DNA from: Phoronis australis
Taxonomy: Eukaryota > Animalia > Phoronida
DNA length: 64,000 bases
Direction of reading: 5' to 3'
Assembly: GCA_002633005.1 (NCBI GenBank)
Contig: NMRA01000106.1
Span: 229,655 to 293,654 of the forward strand
The translations under genes and the position numbers were made by a program. The notes beneath the pieces were generated by a model that had not been told where the DNA came from, ran no database searches, and saw only the letters and a program-made list of their open reading frames with translations. Positions within the stretch are counted from its first letter, which is position 1. Each line of letters starts with the position of its first letter. Below are positions 61,521 to 64,000 of the stretch, piece by piece.

Positions 61521-64000
61521 ATCTCTTGGAGTGCGTGATTTACCACTACACCACCACGATTTAACTACTAATGTTGTGCTAAGAGACCTACTTGTTTATG
61601 GTCTGAAGCGTTTGCGCGCGAAACCTACGTCTTTTTGTAACGCTTATTACACGTTTTATATTTTGTGTAATCGGTTCTTAACAAATTTGTTGTATTTAAA
61701 ATAGTCTTCAAATGCCCAAAAGACCAAATTCGTTTTTCGTGTTGGCAATAATGACGGGATTGCTTTGGAAATCGTCTTAAGTCAAGGTTTGACAAAGTAA
61801 CAAAGAGAGAATTATGAGTTTCTGAATGATTCACCACGGCTTCGATTGAAATTCACATCTTACCGGCAGTTTTTGTTTTTTCATCGTCACTCACGTTCCA
61901 TTTTCTTTAAAAAATGAAGTAAATTTTCTTCATTGCACAGTGGAGCAGACGACGGAAACGGAGTCGTAGTGCGCAGCGCCACTGTCGGTCGCCTGGGATA
62001 TCGCGGGAGAGCTTATACTTAGCCATAGTTCCGTTACGAATGCGCTGTGTTCCGAATTTGACAACTTGAAATTGCACCTGAGCCCCCCAAACACTAAAAC
62101 TGCACACATTTAAATCTTGTTTCATCCGTATAATTTTAATTACCGGTTTTAATTAATAAACTCAACATTTCCCTACGCTCTTGCTGTTTTATTTTTTGCG
62201 GCAGTCAAGGGGGGGGGGGAGGTGCGGGCCGCTCCTAAATCCGCCTATGCGTAGAGACTTTAATTCAGTGCGACCATAGGTCATTGAGTACAGATTCACA
62301 ATTACGATACATTCGTATTGAATTCTCAGAATACTTGTCACTTTCCGGTTAGTGGGCAGATGACTTAGGCCCCTACTTTCCAGAAGTACGATCGTGCCTC
62401 AAACCAGGCGATGCTAGTGAATAGTGAGTTCTCGGCCACCATGCATGTATAGTATTGGTCGTGCTCGAAACCATCAACGACTCAAGAAAACGCTATCTCG
62501 AAAATGGCACATTCATGTAGTATGATGAAATCCCAAAGCGTTGCGATTAAGAATTCGGAATTGGCAGCTGAACAGCAGGGAAATGCGGCCTACTTAAGTC
62601 CTTCCGGCCGGGCTATGACAAACCTCCTGGTATTAGCCGAAGAGTCGAATACCCAATGACGTCTATAATCTAGAGGTACATTTGATCCAAACGCCATTCC
62701 TGACTGTTGCCTCAGTTCGTACCCTCATCTTAATGTTTACACCAATCGTGTCAATACCCTCGAAAAACATTCCCGGTCTTAAGGTGCCCATGTAGCTGAA
62801 CAAGACTTCTGTCCCCACCAGACTTCATGTGGCACTTCAAAGACAATACATTTCTATTTTAAACTAGAATGCGATGGTTATTCATGTTTCCATGTGAATA
62901 TATAAATGTACGGAAACAGCGATACGTGGTGATGTCGTTTGAGAAAGGGTGCATTACGACGGAGGTAGAGACGTCATAGACAACAATACACACCAACGAC
63001 AATGCAAAGGACGACCCCCCAACATTTCGAGATCGCCATACGGTGAGAAAACTGCTTACAGAAGCACTGATAACTACATCGACGAAGTCGACAGCGTCTC
63101 GTGCAATAATGCAGTTTACAGCACTGATTCACTGACAATAATTACGAAGCTGTAAATACTGACGTGACGTTGCTGACATGAGAGCACCGCCAAAACCGAA
63201 AATTTCAAAGGCGGCAACAATATTAACAGTCATCGCGCGACAAGAAGCCCATGACAACGATGGCGAGGCCAAAGACAACGACGATGAAAACGACTATATC
63301 ATATTCGACGTCATTTTCATCATTATCAAATATTGACGACGAAATGGATAAAACTACAAAGATTCCAACCAGATGATCAACAGGCAAGAAAGCGCGGAAT
63401 GATCAATCAAAAAAGCATTAAATTTTAGAAAATCGCAAACAACTCAAGATCAGTAAGCCCTTAATAAAATCTATTTGCACCAAATTTCAGACGAACCCCA
63501 CAAGGTACCATAGAGCTCCGTAAATGGAAACATCAAAAATGGTTTTTACAGTATCCTGGAATTGAAAACAAAAATTTTAGCAAAAGACTCATTAAAAAGT
63601 ATTCTTCTGTAAAGACAATGCTTTTGGGTGCATGTGTTTTTCGTGCTTTAAATATTCAAACAAAGCAACTGTGTTCTTTTGCATAGCATATCGGCTGAAG
63701 GCCTGGAAGTTGTGAGCAAAATATGCACTTGTAAACATAATTTATTTGGCAAATTATAATAGAAATAATGGAAAGTTCCCTTCCTCGCATTGTCACTGTT
63801 TCACCGTATATCTTTTACATGCATGTGTATGTATTCTAAGTGCAATATTATATTACTATCATTGTTATGCACTTTTGAAAAAATGATGCCAACCAACGAC
63901 TACACCGAACAAGTGCGACGACGTTCGGTCTGTAATAGTGTTCGGGGCGTTGGTTTATAATATACATGTAAACGTTATGTTGTATTGGATTTGTACACAT

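Overview
Eukaryotic genomic DNA, intron-rich and AT-rich, most likely from a bilaterian invertebrate. It contains one N-gap (35649-36013). I built gene models by hand from GT-AG sites and reading phase. In order: the 5' end of a class III alcohol dehydrogenase (ADH5-like, minus strand, runs off the left edge); a 2-exon ecdysteroid-kinase-like (EcKL) gene (+); an intronless class A GPCR (+); a complete 12-exon METAP1 (+, 376 aa); a convergent 10-exon ankyrin-repeat/SOCS-box gene (-, about 717 aa); and an intronless LRR-Ig gene with one frameshift (+). The introns hold five copies of a DINE-1/HINE-like (Helentron-type) non-autonomous element whose 451-bp tandem core carries a near-consensus CTCF-type motif every 145-161 bp. 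Also present are several TIR elements (IS3EU-like, Kolobok-like, TA-flanked), minisatellites (one copies the METAP1 exon 9 splice donor seven extra times) and short hairpins. I found no CRISPR array, tRNA or rRNA. All protein and repeat-family calls come from motif recognition, not database searches.
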